Assembly: GCF_006345805.1 (NCBI RefSeq)
Contig: NC_043019.1
Location: forward strand, 32,815,657 to 32,879,656
Direction of reading: 5' to 3'
DNA: 64,000 bases
From: Octopus sinensis
Lineage: Eukaryota
Both the position numbers and the translations under genes were made by a program. The notes under the pieces were generated by a model. That model was not told where the DNA came from. It did no database searches and saw only the letters and a program-made list of their open reading frames with translations. This document shows, piece after piece, positions 12,642 to 25,800 of this stretch (positions are counted from its first letter, which is position 1; each line of letters begins with the position of its first letter).

Positions 12642-13535
12642 GTAAGTGTGACGGAGGAGATTGTGAATTTTAAAATAGAACTCCTTCCTGACTTGCATAG
12701 ACTCACAGGGTCAGTTACCCAGGTTCTGTGGTGTATATACTCCCCGCTGGATGGGATGCTGGTCTGTTACAAGATTACTCATTTTTGCCACCTGAGTGGA
12801 CAGGAATGACAAAATGAAGTGTTTTGCTGAAGCACACAATGCTTTGCCCAGTTCAGGAATTGAAACCACAATCTTATGATCACAAGTCCAGCACCTTAAC
12901 CACTTAGCCATGTGATTCCAGAAAAGATAAAACTCATTCTCAAGTCTTATAAAGTCATTAGGCTGGTTCCTTTGGTGTATGTATTCCCCAATAGATAGGA
13001 ACTTAGTCTGTCGCAGGAATACATGCCTTTGCCTGCTTAGTGGACTGGTGTAATGTGGAATGAAGTGTTCTTCTCAAGAACAATGCATTGCCCAGTCCAA
13101 GAATTGAAACCACAATCTTACGATCCTGAGTTCAACACTTTCACCACTAAGCCATGTGCTTCCAATACAATTATGAAGTTTACTTATATTGAATGTGTGT
13201 GTGTTGGAAAGAGGAGAGAAAGAGAGAGAGGGGTTATCGTCTATTCACTCAGCTCTATATAATACTCTTAGTGTTATAAATATTTATACTCAAAATGAGT
13301 GTGTGTGCATGAGAAACTATCATGTTTACTCTCTCTCAGCCCTCTATAACTTCCTTAGTGTTTTCACCATTTACAGTGCATGTGTTCAACCCATGTCCAA
13401 TGCCTGTGTCCAACCCATGCCGGCAAGGAAAGCACATTAACAGATGCTGATTATGTGTGAATGAGAGAGAGAGAGTCTGTGTCCTTCATATGCCATCAGT
13501 TCCATATAGCAATTCTCTCTGTTTTATAATTCCAG

Positions 13536-13697
13536 AATGGCAACCATTTTTATCATCACCTCTATGAAAATATTGAAATGAACTCAAACCATGTGGAGAA
13601 CTTTGAGGCCCTTTACTGCACCATGGCTCTGATACTAGTTGAGCTTGGTAGTAGTGATTTACTGGTTGACCTCTGCAGACTTGCTCTTGACATACAG
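13536..13697 (+). CDS. EFR3: EFR3 exon NGNHFYHHLYENIEMNSNHVENFEALYCTMALILVELGSSDLLVDLCRLALDIQ
   Basis: ttccag|...|gtaaat; 162 nt open frame, similar to NGQQLYRHIY...LYTSLALITIELANEEVVIDLIRLAIALQ. Confidence 0.93.
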
Positions 13698-13827
13698 GTA
13701 AATAGACTTCTAAGTATTGTTCTTGTTTAACTCCAGGTGATAAGTACGAGTTAAGCGTTGGAGATTGATGCAATCGACTCTACCCATCTCTGCCCAAATT
13801 CCAGATATTGTGTCTGTAGTAGAAAAG

Positions 13828-13865
<38 letters not shown>

Positions 13866-13876
13866 CATTATTATTA

Positions 13877-13910
<34 letters not shown>

Positions 13911-13931
13911 CATTATTATTATTATTATCAT

Positions 13932-14500
13932 TCAGTAGTTTTATTTTTATAACGTGCTTTCACTTCACTACCGAGCGCAGCTCTGTGTGCCTTGGGTATG
14001 TGCTGTGATTTGTTGTGATGCTCTGATGGTTATTGTATGGAAAGTGTTCTGCGTAGGATGTGTGCAGTGCCTAGTAGTGCAATTTTCTATATGTTATATG
14101 TGTTTGTAAGTCCTGGTGTTTTTGTTATGTATTTGTCTGAATATTTTTTTATCATGCCTAATGCACCTACTATGATAGGAATTGTTTCTGTTTTCAGGTT
14201 CCACATTCTAGTTACCTCTATTTCCAGGTCTTTGTATTTTGAGAGTTTCTCCATTTCTTTTAGAGACACGTTGTCATCTGCCGGTATTGATACATCAATT
14301 AGAAAGCATTTTTTTTCTTCATGATCTCTGACAACTATATCTGGTCTGTTGGCCTTAATTTCTCTATCTGTGTGTATCGGCATATCCCAGAGTATGGTTG
14401 CTTTCTCGTTTTCTGTGACCTTTTCTGGTGTGTGCCTATACCATCTTTTTTCTGTTGTTATTCCATAATGTTGGCATAGCTTCCAATGTATGTAGGTTCC
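13932..14500 (-). mobile_element. R4/Dong-like LINE 3' fragment (restriction-like endonuclease) within (TAA)n
   Basis: ANRPDIVVRD...LIDVSIPADDN...EKLSKYKDLEIE...IPIIVGALG; TAA repeats on both sides. Confidence 0.8.
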
Positions 14501-14629
14501 AACTCTGTCATGTCTGTGAATATATTCCTTCTTAGCCAGGACTGGGCAGCTAGAGATAATATGATTTATTGTTTCTTGTCCATATTATTATTATTATTAT
14601 CATTATTATTATTATTATTATTATTATCA

Positions 14630-14684
<55 letters not shown>

Positions 14685-15020
14685 CATTATTATTATTATT
14701 ATTATTATTATTAATATTAAAGGCAAGCTGGAAGAATCATTTGCACATCAAGCAAAATGCCTAAGCAGCATTTGTCCATCTTTATGTTCTGAGTTTCAAA
14801 TTCATCATCATCATCGTTTAACGTCCGTTTTCCATGCTAGCATGGGTTGGACAGTTCGACCGGGGTTTAGGAAGCCAGAAGGGTGCACCAGGCTCCAGTC
14901 TGATATATATATATATATATAATATTAATTAGAGACAAAACCACTATTTTGCAAATTAAACAAAGAAAGACTTAATCCAATACATAAAAATTTAATATAA
15001 ATTAAATAAAATTAAATTCG

Positions 15021-15066
15021 CCACTACAATTGTTTCGTGTCTCTTCTAAGGACATTCATCAGGTGG
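15021..15066 (-). ncRNA. Minimal hammerhead, canonical core
   Basis: CCAC-CTGATGA-aTGTC cttagaaga GACAc-GAAA-CAATTG-TA/GTGG. Confidence 0.72.
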
Positions 15067-17014
15067 ATTTCAGATCTAAAAATAATCAATATTTTTAAGA
15101 TATAAATTTAAAATGACTAAAACTATAAATAATATAAATTTATCAATGAAAAAATATATATATATAATCTATATATAATCAAGAACTAAAATAACCTCTA
15201 TAAACAATTGAATATAAAGAAACCTAGTATTTAAGTTCTCATATTTAAAGATGAAGAATCTAATTTCAAAAAACAAAAATAAAAATAAAATATATATACA
15301 CACATGCTCATACACTAACTCACACATCCATATATATATCTCTATAGATGCACATAAACATCTAGGCAACGATAAATAAATAAAGTAGCCGTATACTACT
15401 ACACATTACTTATTCATACTCCCACACACACACATACAACCCTCATTCATAAATACACTCACTCTGCATGACAACCACACATCCAGCAGCCGCAAATACT
15501 CAACCACAACAACAGAAACATTTCATTCTTAGCAAGAAACTACCAAATACCATATACCACATGTATACAACAACCATACATAAATACTTAAAACAAACAC
15601 ACACACACACACACATATTCCAAATACCACATGCATGCAACAAACATACACAAATACGCAAACAAACTCACACACACACACACACATATTCCAAATACCA
15701 CATGCATGCAACAAACATACACAAATACGCAAACAAACTCACACACACACACACACATTCACACATACATAAACACTCAAAAGAAAACAACATTTCTACA
15801 CATAAACAATGCACACCCACACACACACACTCACAATCACTCACACACAACCGCACTCCCACCTCCACTCCAACACAGAGGAGTAACAAATTCAGCAGAT
15901 ACATACACTCAGCCACACATACAGTAACATTCCCTACTCGGCAATATACTATTAAAAACCCCAAACCACTCTAAAACAAATTTATGAATATGAATAATAA
16001 CTTATATAGAATTATTCTATTATTAAACATAACCTAAACCATTTAAAAACGAACCTATCTATTTATCAAAGTATGTCTAAATTATTTAATAACTAATAAC
16101 AAAGAAAAATACGATAAATAGATACTACATAAACAACAAGATTAACATAAGGAGAATATATTATTCAAAGCTTATACATATAAAATTACATTAGGAGATA
16201 TTAAAAAAATACGTACCTTCTATTCAATTTTAAGTTATGAAGTGAATTTAAAAGTGAAGTTGTAAGGTACCGCACGAATGGAAATATATATGAAAGAAGG
16301 CTCAAAAATGCAATTCCAAAATATGTTTATTCAAATGACCGGCTTCACCCTCAGATGTATTTATCACAGGTCAATCCAAGTAGTAACCTTGATCTCTCTC
16401 TTTCACATACACACCCACACACACACACCAGCAACATTACTCTCTCTGTCTATTCACGCACATTAACTAAAGCAATTCACATACACACCACACATTGTCT
16501 TGCATACCCCATCAAACACACGCACACACACGCACATTAATTCTTCCGCTTCACGTCCACTACAATTGCACTCTCTCTGTCTCTTTCACTTTCATGCCTA
16601 CTTCAAAAGGTCCATTTTCCCCCCAACCCCATAATAAAAAAATAATAACTTTTTACGGAAACCGATGATCATTTGCAAAAATGTAAATAGACACATCTGG
16701 TTTATAAGTGGATTGTAAGTGATAGTCATGTGTTCCCATAGCGAAAGATCGTCCAATGTTTTAACAATTAGACAAAGGTCCACAAGAATAGCTCTCAGAA
16801 ACAGACTATGTACAAATTTGTTCTTCACAACTCGTGAAGCTGTTTTATGACATGGAGGTGGAGTCAGGAAATTTTCATACAACTGGAGGCTCCAATTGGA
16901 ACAGGGAACCCGAAATGATAAGGTTGAGAAACGCTGTTATAGATTATGCCTAACCAAAAACGATCACAGCCACATCATCCAAACAGACCAGGTGAAACTG
17001 GGCTTAGCTGCTAG

Positions 17015-17046
<32 letters not shown>

Positions 17047-17145
17047 ATATAGAGGGAGAGTTTATGAAAAAAAACAAAAGATGAAGACAGGTGGTGTACA
17101 AAACAAACAGATGTATTAGTATAACGCTCAGGAATAGAAAAAAGT

Positions 17146-17181
17146 CTTTTACGTTTCGAGCCTACGCTCTTCTACAGAAAG
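17146..17181 (-). ncRNA. Hammerhead-like motif with A6U and an extra A after A9
   Basis: CTTT-CTGTAGA-A-GAGC gtag GCTC-GAAA-CG-TA/AAAG. Confidence 0.5.
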
Positions 17182-18234
17182 GGACACAGAAAAAACAAGG
17201 AGAGAAAAAAATGTGTGTAGTGGCTAATGATCTATCATGGTGTGTATATACATACATACACAGCAAGAAATAAGTTTTGTCTCCTTTTATGGAAACAAAA
17301 GGATTGATAGGACTGCAAAATAGAAGTGCTCAAATGTAATTGAAACAGAGACGAAGAAACATTGATCATAGAACAAGCATCAAATTTGAGTCAACAACTT
17401 TATATATGTATATTTTCTGTGTTTAAGAACCATGGTAATGTTTATAAATGATCAAATGTTTGGAGGTATGGTGTTATATATAAAGTTGTTGACTTGAATT
17501 TGATGTTGTTTTGTGATCAATGTTTATATATATAGATTTATTTAAAGCAGCAGAAAATTCAACAAAACCTGTTACACGTAGTTGAATTTTCTGCTGCTTT
17601 AAATAAAGCATATTACTCTACCACTGGTATTTGAGTACTCTTTTTTCCACCTTGTTTCACATTTATGTGTTTACTCCGGTATTTATAGATTTATATATAT
17701 ATGTGAGGGTGTGTGTGTATGTGTGTGTGTGTATATGTGTGTGTATATGTATGTGTGTGTGTGTATATATGTATGAGTGTATGTATGTATGTGTGTGTGT
17801 GTATGTATGTATGTGTGTGTGTATATGTATGTGTGTGTGTATGTATATGTATGTGTGTGTATATATATACATATATGCATGTATATATGTGATATAATAG
17901 TTTCACTATTAATAGTTTCAGTATTAATAATAAAAGTATTAAACTGAAAGTTTCTCACATTACAATTGAGATGTTATTGTTTCACTTTTTACACATAATA
18001 CTGAAAGATAAGAGATAAGAAATGTAAGAGGTAAGAAAATGCTCCAGGCTTGCATTAAGCAAGAAGCTGAAAATTTTTGGGACCCATGACACTGCATGGA
18101 CCCTATGTAAGGCATGTGTAAAATTTGAATGAAATCGGTTGGGTTGTTCTTGAGTTTTGATGATGCACACACACACACACACACATAAAGACAGACATTC
18201 TCAATTTTTTTTCTATAGAAAGTGATAAGCTGGC

Positions 18235-18640
18235 AGGCGCAGGAGTGGCTGTGTGGTAGGTAGCTTGTCTACCAACCACATGGTTCCGGGTTCAGTCCCA
18301 CTGCGTGGCATCTTGGGCAAGTGTCTTCTACTATAGCCTCGGGCCGACCAAAGCCTTGTGAGTGGATTTGGTAGACGGAAACTGAAAGAAGCCCGTCGTA
18401 TATATGTATATATATATGTATATGTGTGTTTGTATATCTGTGTTTGTTCCCTAGCATTGCTTGACAACCGATGCTGGTGTGTTTATGTCCCCGTTACTTA
18501 GCGGTTCGGCAAAAGAGACCGATATAATAAGTACTGGGCTTACAAAAGAATAAGTCCCGGGGTCGAGTTGCTCGATTAAAGGCGGTGCTCCAGCATGGCC
18601 GCAGTCAAATGACTGAAACAAGTAAAAGAGTAAAGAGTAA
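18235..18640 (+). mobile_element. tRNA-derived SINE family A, full length
   Basis: A-box TGGCTGTGTGG, B-box GGTTCAGTCCC, internal TA/TG repeat, (agtaaaag)n tail. Confidence 0.88.
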
Positions 18641-19228
18641 TTGTTAGCAGGCCGGGCGAAATGCTTGGCAGTATTCTGAGTTCAAATTCTGTTGAGGTCA
18701 ACTCTGCCTGTTGTCCTTTCAGGGTTGATAAATTAAGTACCAGTGAAACTCTGGGGGCAATGTAATTGACTGTTCCCCGCCCCAAAACTTCAGGCCTTGT
18801 GCCTTTAGTAGAAAGGACTGTTATTGCTTTTGTAGGTGGCGAACTGGGATAATCGTTAGCATGCTGGGCAAAATGCTTTATAGCATTTCATCTATCTTTA
18901 TGGTCTGGGTTCAAATTCTGCCGAGGTCGACTTTGCCTTTCATCCTTTTGGTGGGGGTCGATAAATTAAGTACCAATCAAGCACTGGGGGTTGTAATCGA
19001 CTAACCTGTTCCTCCAAATTTCAGGCCTTGTGCCTATAGTAGAAAGGATTATTATTATTATTATTATTATTGAAATGCATGAAGCTGCCAGAATCGTTAG
19101 CTTGCTGGACTGAAATGCTCAACAGTATTTCATCCGTCTTTACGTTTTGAGTTCAAATGCTGCTGAGGTCCATTTTGCCTTTCTTCCTTTCAGGGTCGTT
19201 AAAACAAAGATCAGCTGAGTACAGGGGT

Positions 19229-19621
19229 CTCTCTTTTACTTGTTTCAGTCATTTGACTGTGGCCATGCTGGAGCACCGCCTTTAATCAAGCAACTCGACC
19301 CCGGGACTTATTCTTTTGTAAGCCCAGTACTTATTCTATCGGTCTCTTTTGCCGAACCGCTAAGTAACGGGGACATAAACACACCAGCATCGGTTATCAA
19401 GTAATGCTAGGGAGACAAACACATACACACAAACATATATATATGTATACATATATACGACAGGCTTCTCTCAGTTTCCGTCTACCAAATCCACTCACAA
19501 GGCATTGGTCGGCCCGGGGCTATAGCAGAAGACACTTGCCCAAGATGCCACGCAGTGGGACTGAACCCGGAACCATGTGGTTGGTTAGCAAGCTACTTAG
19601 CACACAGCCACTCCTGCGCCT
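19229..19621 (-). mobile_element. SINE family A, full length, inverted; further - copies at ~33350-33883, 36206-36580, 38035-38405, 39193-39577, 48765-49079, 51005-51500, 58010-58318
   Basis: reverse complement of the 18235 copy. Confidence 0.88.
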
Positions 19622-19924
19622 ATTATTATTATTATTATTATTGAGTGAGAGAGCAGTTCATGCCATCAAAGTGACACTGGGGTAAAATATACGAAGCCCA
19701 ATATACCCATCATGACTACCCGTCTGATAAGGGTACACCAGGCACATGCATCACAACAATATGTGTGCGACATGGTGATCTCATATCAAAACAAACAGCA
19801 CATGACCTTGCAGGCGGGGCCCAGTTAGAATTTTCTTCAGGTCGAGTAACCCATCCCACTCGAAAGGTCCCTGAATAAGGGTTGGTTAAGGATGTTGAAT
19901 GAAACACCCATGTTTCCAGAGGTG

Positions 19925-20290
19925 TTCAGTCCCACTGCGTGGCATCTTGGGCAAGTGTCTTCTGCTATAGCCCCGGGCTGACCAATGCCTTGTGAGTGGA
20001 TTTGGTAGATGGAAACTGAAAGAAGCCTGTCGTGTATATGTATGTATATATGTATATATATGTGTGTATATATGTTTGTGTGTCTGTGTTTGTCCCCCTA
20101 TCATTGCTTGACAACCGATGCTGGTGGGTTTACGTCCCCGTCACTTAGCGGTTTGGCAAAAGAGACCGATAGATAGAATAAGTACTGGGCTTACAAAGAA
20201 GAAGTCCCAGGGTTGATTTGCTCGACTAAACGTGGTGCTCCAGCATGGCCGCAGTCAAATAACTGAAACAAGTAAAAGAGTGAAAGAGAG
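19925..20290 (+). mobile_element. SINE family A, 5'-truncated; further + copies at ~971-1140, 1625-1940, 51815-52215
   Basis: sequence match to the 18235 copy. Confidence 0.85.
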
Positions 20291-20382
20291 AGAGAGAGAG
20301 TATCACCATCGTCAATTTAGTGTCTACTTCTCCATGCTTTTTTATCAATCTAATTATTTATATATTTAATTATTTATTTCAG

Positions 20383-20511
20383 CACATGGTATGCACAAAC
20401 AACCACCTACCAATCACCCACAAGTGTGCCATTCATGGTCTGTTGGCTGCTTACTTAAATCTGCTATGTCATTTGATGTCCATTCCTGCATTCTCAGAAC
20501 ATGTCAACCAG
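20383..20511 (+). CDS. EFR3: EFR3 exon HMVCTNNHLPITHKCAIHGLLAAYLNLLCHLMSIPAFSEHVNQ
   Basis: tttcag|...|gtaaag; 129 nt; similar to HRCGIMALVAAYLNFVSQMIAVPAFCQHVSK. Confidence 0.93.
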
Positions 20512-21204
20512 GTAAAGGATAAATTCTTGGTGTTTTTGTTTTCTTTTCTCATGCAGTTTGGCTGCGGGCCAACCTTCACTCATCAGATCTATGGCCAAAA
20601 TGATTGCTTTTGCCCTTCAGCATTTAAACTGGCCATATCAGGCCAAAATATTCAATTTGCTTTATGCTCAAATTGTCCAGATCTAGTCTCTTACACCAGC
20701 CCTACAATATCATTCTAAAAATTAAATTATCTCATCAAAATCTGACAGCCAAGGTGTCATAACTACATTATATATATATATATATCATCATCATCATCAT
20801 CATTTAGCATCCGCTTTCCATGCTAGTATGGGTTGGACGGGTCAACTGGGGTCTGTGAAGCTGGAAGGCTTCGTCAGGCCCAGTCAGATCTGGCAGTGTT
20901 TCTACAGCTGGATGCCCTTCCTAATGCCAACCACTCCACGAGTGTAGTGAGTGTTTTTTTACGTGCCACCTGCACAGGTGCCAGACAGAGCTGGCAAACG
21001 GCCACGAACGGATGGTGCTTTTACGTGTCACCGGCACGGGGCCAGGCGAGGCTGGCAACGAACACAAACGGATGGTGCTTTTACGTGCCACCGACACGGG
21101 GGCCAGACAGAGCTGGCAAACGGCCAATAGCGAATGGTGCTTTTACGTATCACCGACACGGGTGCCAGACAAGGCTGGCAGCGGACACGAACGGCTGGTT
21201 CATA

Positions 21205-21231
21205 TATATATATATGTGTGTGTGTGTGTGT

Positions 21232-21266
<35 letters not shown>

Positions 21267-22248
21267 GTGTGTGTATGTATATATGTGTGTATGCATATAT
21301 ATGTGTATGTATATATGTGTATGTATATATGTGTATGTATATATGTGTATGTATATATGTATGTATATATATATGTATGTATATATATATGTATGTGTAT
21401 ATATATATGTATGTATGTGTATGTATATATATATATGTGTATGTATGTATGTGTATGTATATATATATATATATGTGTATGTATGTATGTGTATGTATAT
21501 ATATATATGTGTATGTATATATATATATATGTGTATGTATGTATGTGTATGTATATATATGTGTATGTGTATGTATATATATATGTGTATGTGTATGTAT
21601 ATATATGTATGTGTATGTATATATATGTATGTGTGTATGTATGTATGTGTATATATATATATATGTATGTGTATATGTATGTATGTGTATGTATATATAT
21701 ATGTATGTGTGTATGTATGTATGTGTATGTATATATATGTATGTGTGTATGTGTGTATGTATATATATGTATGTATGTATGTGTATGTATGTATGTGTAT
21801 GTATATATATGTATGTGTGTATGTATGTATGTGTATGTATGTATGTGTATGTATATATATGTATGTGTGTATGTATGTATGTGTGTATGTATGTATGTAT
21901 ATATATATGTATGTGTATATATATATATGTATGTGTATGTATATATGTGTATGTATATATATATATGTATGTATATATGTGTATGTATATATGTGTATGT
22001 ATATATATATATGTATGTATATATGTGTATGTATATATATATATGTATGTATATATATATATGTATGTATATATGTGTATGTATATATATATATGTATGT
22101 ATATATGTGTATGTATATATATATATGTATGTATGTATGTGTATGTATATATATATATGTATGTATGTATGTATGTGTATGTATATATATATATGTATGT
22201 ATGTGTGTATGTATATATATATATATGTATGTATATATGTGTGTATGT
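21205..22248. repeat. ~1 kb compound TA/TG/TATG microsatellite
   Basis: direct reading. Confidence 0.97.
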
Positions 22249-22329
22249 CGTCATCATCATCATCATCATCATCATTTAGCATATAATATATATATATATT
22301 TATTTGTGTGTGTGTGTTCTCTTTCCTAG

Positions 22330-22406
22330 GTGCTTGAATCCCGATCACAGGAAGCCTCATTCCTGCTGCCAGAGTTTGCCTTCAATCGTAAAAACAAGCC
22401 TAGCAG
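22330..22406 (+). CDS. EFR3: EFR3 exon [25 protein letters not shown]
   Basis: ttcctag|...|gttagt; similar to VIEIRTMEAPYFLPE; phase 0 to 2. Confidence 0.88.
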
Positions 22407-22822
22407 GTTAGTATAATGACACCTTTTCATTCCTTCTTTATTTATTTCTATTGTGATTATTCTTTTTAAATTTGCTATTTGAGTTACAGCAACATTATCA
22501 GCAGGTGCACAATAGACCAGTTTCTGGTTCACTACATTCCTGGTAATAAAAAATAGGGTGTCTCTCTATCTCTGTACAAGAAGTTGTTTGCAGTGTACCA
22601 ATGTTTGGCATTTTCATTGATAATAGCTCATGCACCCATACAATGTTGTGCTGTGTCAGTTGTGGACACATATTGAGAAAGAAATATACAGTTGACTAAA
22701 TTTGTATACTTTCTTAGTGAATGACTGCTATATATTTTATCAACCCTGCTTAATCTCTGGGAAATCTGAACAAAGCTTGTTATAATGATAGCACAGGTGC
22801 CATTGATGTGTCTACAACCTGT

Positions 22823-25800
22823 GACTACAACCTGACCTGTATGGTGCTTTTTATGTGCCACTGGCAAGGGTGCCAGTCAAACAGCACTGGCATCAGCCCT
22901 GACTACAACCTCACTTGTATGGTGCTTTTTATGTGCCACTGGCAAGGCTGCCAGTCAAACAGCCCTGGCATCAGCCATGACTACAACCTCACTTGTATGG
23001 TGCTTTTTATGTGCCACTGGCAAGTGTGCCAGTCAAATAGCACTGGCATCAGCCGTGACTACAACCTCACTTGTATGGTGCTTTTTATGTGCCACTGGCA
23101 AGTGTGCCAACCAAACAGCACTGGCGTCAGCCGTGACTACAACCTCACCTGTATGGTGCTTTTTATGTGCCACTGGCAAGGCTGCCAGTCAAACAGCACT
23201 GGCATCAGCCATGACTACAACCTCACTTGTATGGTGCTTTTTATGTGCCACTGGCAAGTGTGCCAGTCAAACAGCACTGGCATCAGCCGTGACTACAACC
23301 TCACTTGTATGGTGCTTTTTATGTGCCACTGGCAAGTGTGCCAACCAAACAGCACTGGCGTCAGCCGTGACTACAACCTCACTTGTATGGTGGTTTTTAT
23401 GTGCCACTGGCAAGGGTGCCATTCAAACAGCACTGGCATCAGCCGTGACTACAACCTGACCTGTATGGTGCTTTTTATGTGCCACTGGCAAGGCTGTCAG
23501 TCAAACAGCCCTGGCATCAGCCATGACTACAACCTCACTTGTATGGTGCTTTTTATGTGCCACTGGCAAGTGTGCCAGTCAAATAGCACTGGCATCAGCC
23601 GTGACTACAACCTCACTTGTATGGTGCTTTTTATGTGCCACTGGCAAGTGTGCCAACCAAACAGCACTGGCGTCAGCCGTGACTACAACCTCACCTGTAT
23701 GGTGCTTTTTATGTGCCACTGGCAAGGCTGCCAGTCAAACAGCACTGGCATCAGCCATGACTACAACCTCACTTGTATGGTGCTTTTTATGTGCCACTGG
23801 CAAGTGTGCCAGTCAAACAGCACTGGCATCAGCCGTGACTACAACCTCACTTGTATGGTGCTTTTTATGTGCCACTGGCAAGTGTGCCAACCAAACAGCA
23901 CTGGCGTCAGCCGTGACTACAACCTCACTTGTATGGTGGTTTTTATGTGCCACTGGCAAGGGTGCCATTCAAACAGCACTAGCATCAGCCGTGACTACAA
24001 CCTCACCTGTATGGTGCTTTTTATGTGCCACTGGCAAGGCTGCCAGTCAAACAGCCCTGGCATCAGCCATGACTACAACCTCACTTGTATGGTGCTTTTT
24101 ATGTGCCACTGGCAAGTGTGCCAGTCAAACAGCACTGGCGTCAGCCGTGACTACAACCTCACTTGTATGGTGCTTTTTATGTGCCACTGGCAAGGGTGCC
24201 AGTCAAACAGCACTGGCATCAGCCCTGACTACAACCTCACTTGTATGGTGCTTTTTATGTGCCACTGGCAAGGGTGCCAGTCAAACAGCACTGGCATCAG
24301 CCATGACTACAACCTCACTTGTATGGTGCTTTTTATGTGCCACTGGCAAGTGTGCCAGTCAAACAGCCCTGGCATCAGCCATGACTACAACCTCACTTGT
24401 ATGGTGCTTTTTATGTGCCACTGGCAAGTGTGCCAGTCAAACAGCACTGGCGTCAGCCGTGACTACAACCTCACTTGTATGGTGCTTTTTATGTGCCACT
24501 GGCAAGTGTGCCAACCAAACAGCACTGGCGTCAGCCGTGACTACAACCTCACTTGTATGGTGCTTTTTATGTGCCACTGGCAAGGCTGCCAGTCAAACAG
24601 CCCTGGCATCAGCCATGACTACAACCTCACTTGTATGGTGCTTTTTATGTGCCACTGGCAAGTGTGCCAGTCAAACAGCACTGGCGTCAGCCGTGACTAC
24701 AACCTCACTTGTATGGTGCTTTTTATGTGCCACTGGCAAGGGTGCCAGTCAAACAGCACTGGCATCAGCCCTGACTACAACCTCACTTGTATGGTGCTTT
24801 TTATGTGCCACTGGCAAGGGTGCCAGTCAAACAGCACTGGCGTCAGGCGTGACTACAACCTCACTTGTATGGTGCTTTTTATGTGCCACTGGCAAGGGTC
24901 CCAGTCAAACAGCACTGGCGTCAGCCGTGACTACAACCTCACCTGTATGGTGCTTTTTATGTGCCATTGGCAAGGGTGCCAGTCAAACAGCCCTGGCATC
25001 AGCCGTGACTACAACCTGACCTGTATGGTGCTTTTTATGTGCCACTGGCAAGGGTGCCAGTCAAACAGCCCTGGCGCAGCCGTGACTACAACCTCACCTG
25101 TATGGTGCTTTTTATGTGCCACTGGCAAGGGTGCCAGCCATACAGCACTGGCGTCAGCCGTGACTACAACCTCACTTGTATGGTGCTTTTTATGTGCCAC
25201 TGGCAAGGGTGCCAATCAAACAGCACTGGCGTCAGCCGTGACTACAACCTCACTTGTATGGTGCATTTTATGTGCCACTAGCAAGGGTGCCAGTCAAACA
25301 GAACTGGTATCAGCCGTGACTACAACCTCACCTGTATGGTGCTTTTTATGTGCCACTGGCAAGGGTGCCAGTCAAACAGCACTGGCGTCAGCCGTGACTA
25401 CAACCTCACTTGTATGGTGCTTTTTATGTGCCACTGGCAAGGGTGCCAATCAAACAGCACTGGCGTCAGCCGTGACTACAACCTCACTTGTATGGTGCTT
25501 TTTATGTACCACTGGCAAGGGTGCCAATCAAACAGCACTGGCATCAGCCGTGACTACAACCTCACCTGTATGGTGCTTTTTATGTGCCACTGGCAAGGGT
25601 GCCAGTCAAACAGCCCTGGCATCAGCCGTGACTACAACCTCACTTGTATGGTGGTTTTTATGTGCCACTGGCAAGGGTGCCAATCAAACAGCACTGGCAT
25701 CAGCCATGACTACAACCTCACTTGTATGGTGGTTTTTATGTGCCACTGACAAGGGTGCCAATCAAACAACACTGGCGTCAGCCGTGACTACAACCTCACC

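Noticed and set aside
16325-16352. CTGAGGG-T-GAAG-CCGG-TC on the minus strand
   Set aside because: No stem II and two core mismatches; at most a dead relic
18238-18310. tRNA-like A/B boxes
   Set aside because: Heads of SINEs, not tRNA genes; no cloverleaf
20833-22360. Cys/Tyr/Val or His/Thr-rich ORFs (also 10450-11016, 17631-17958, 33327-33917)
   Set aside because: Microsatellite translations
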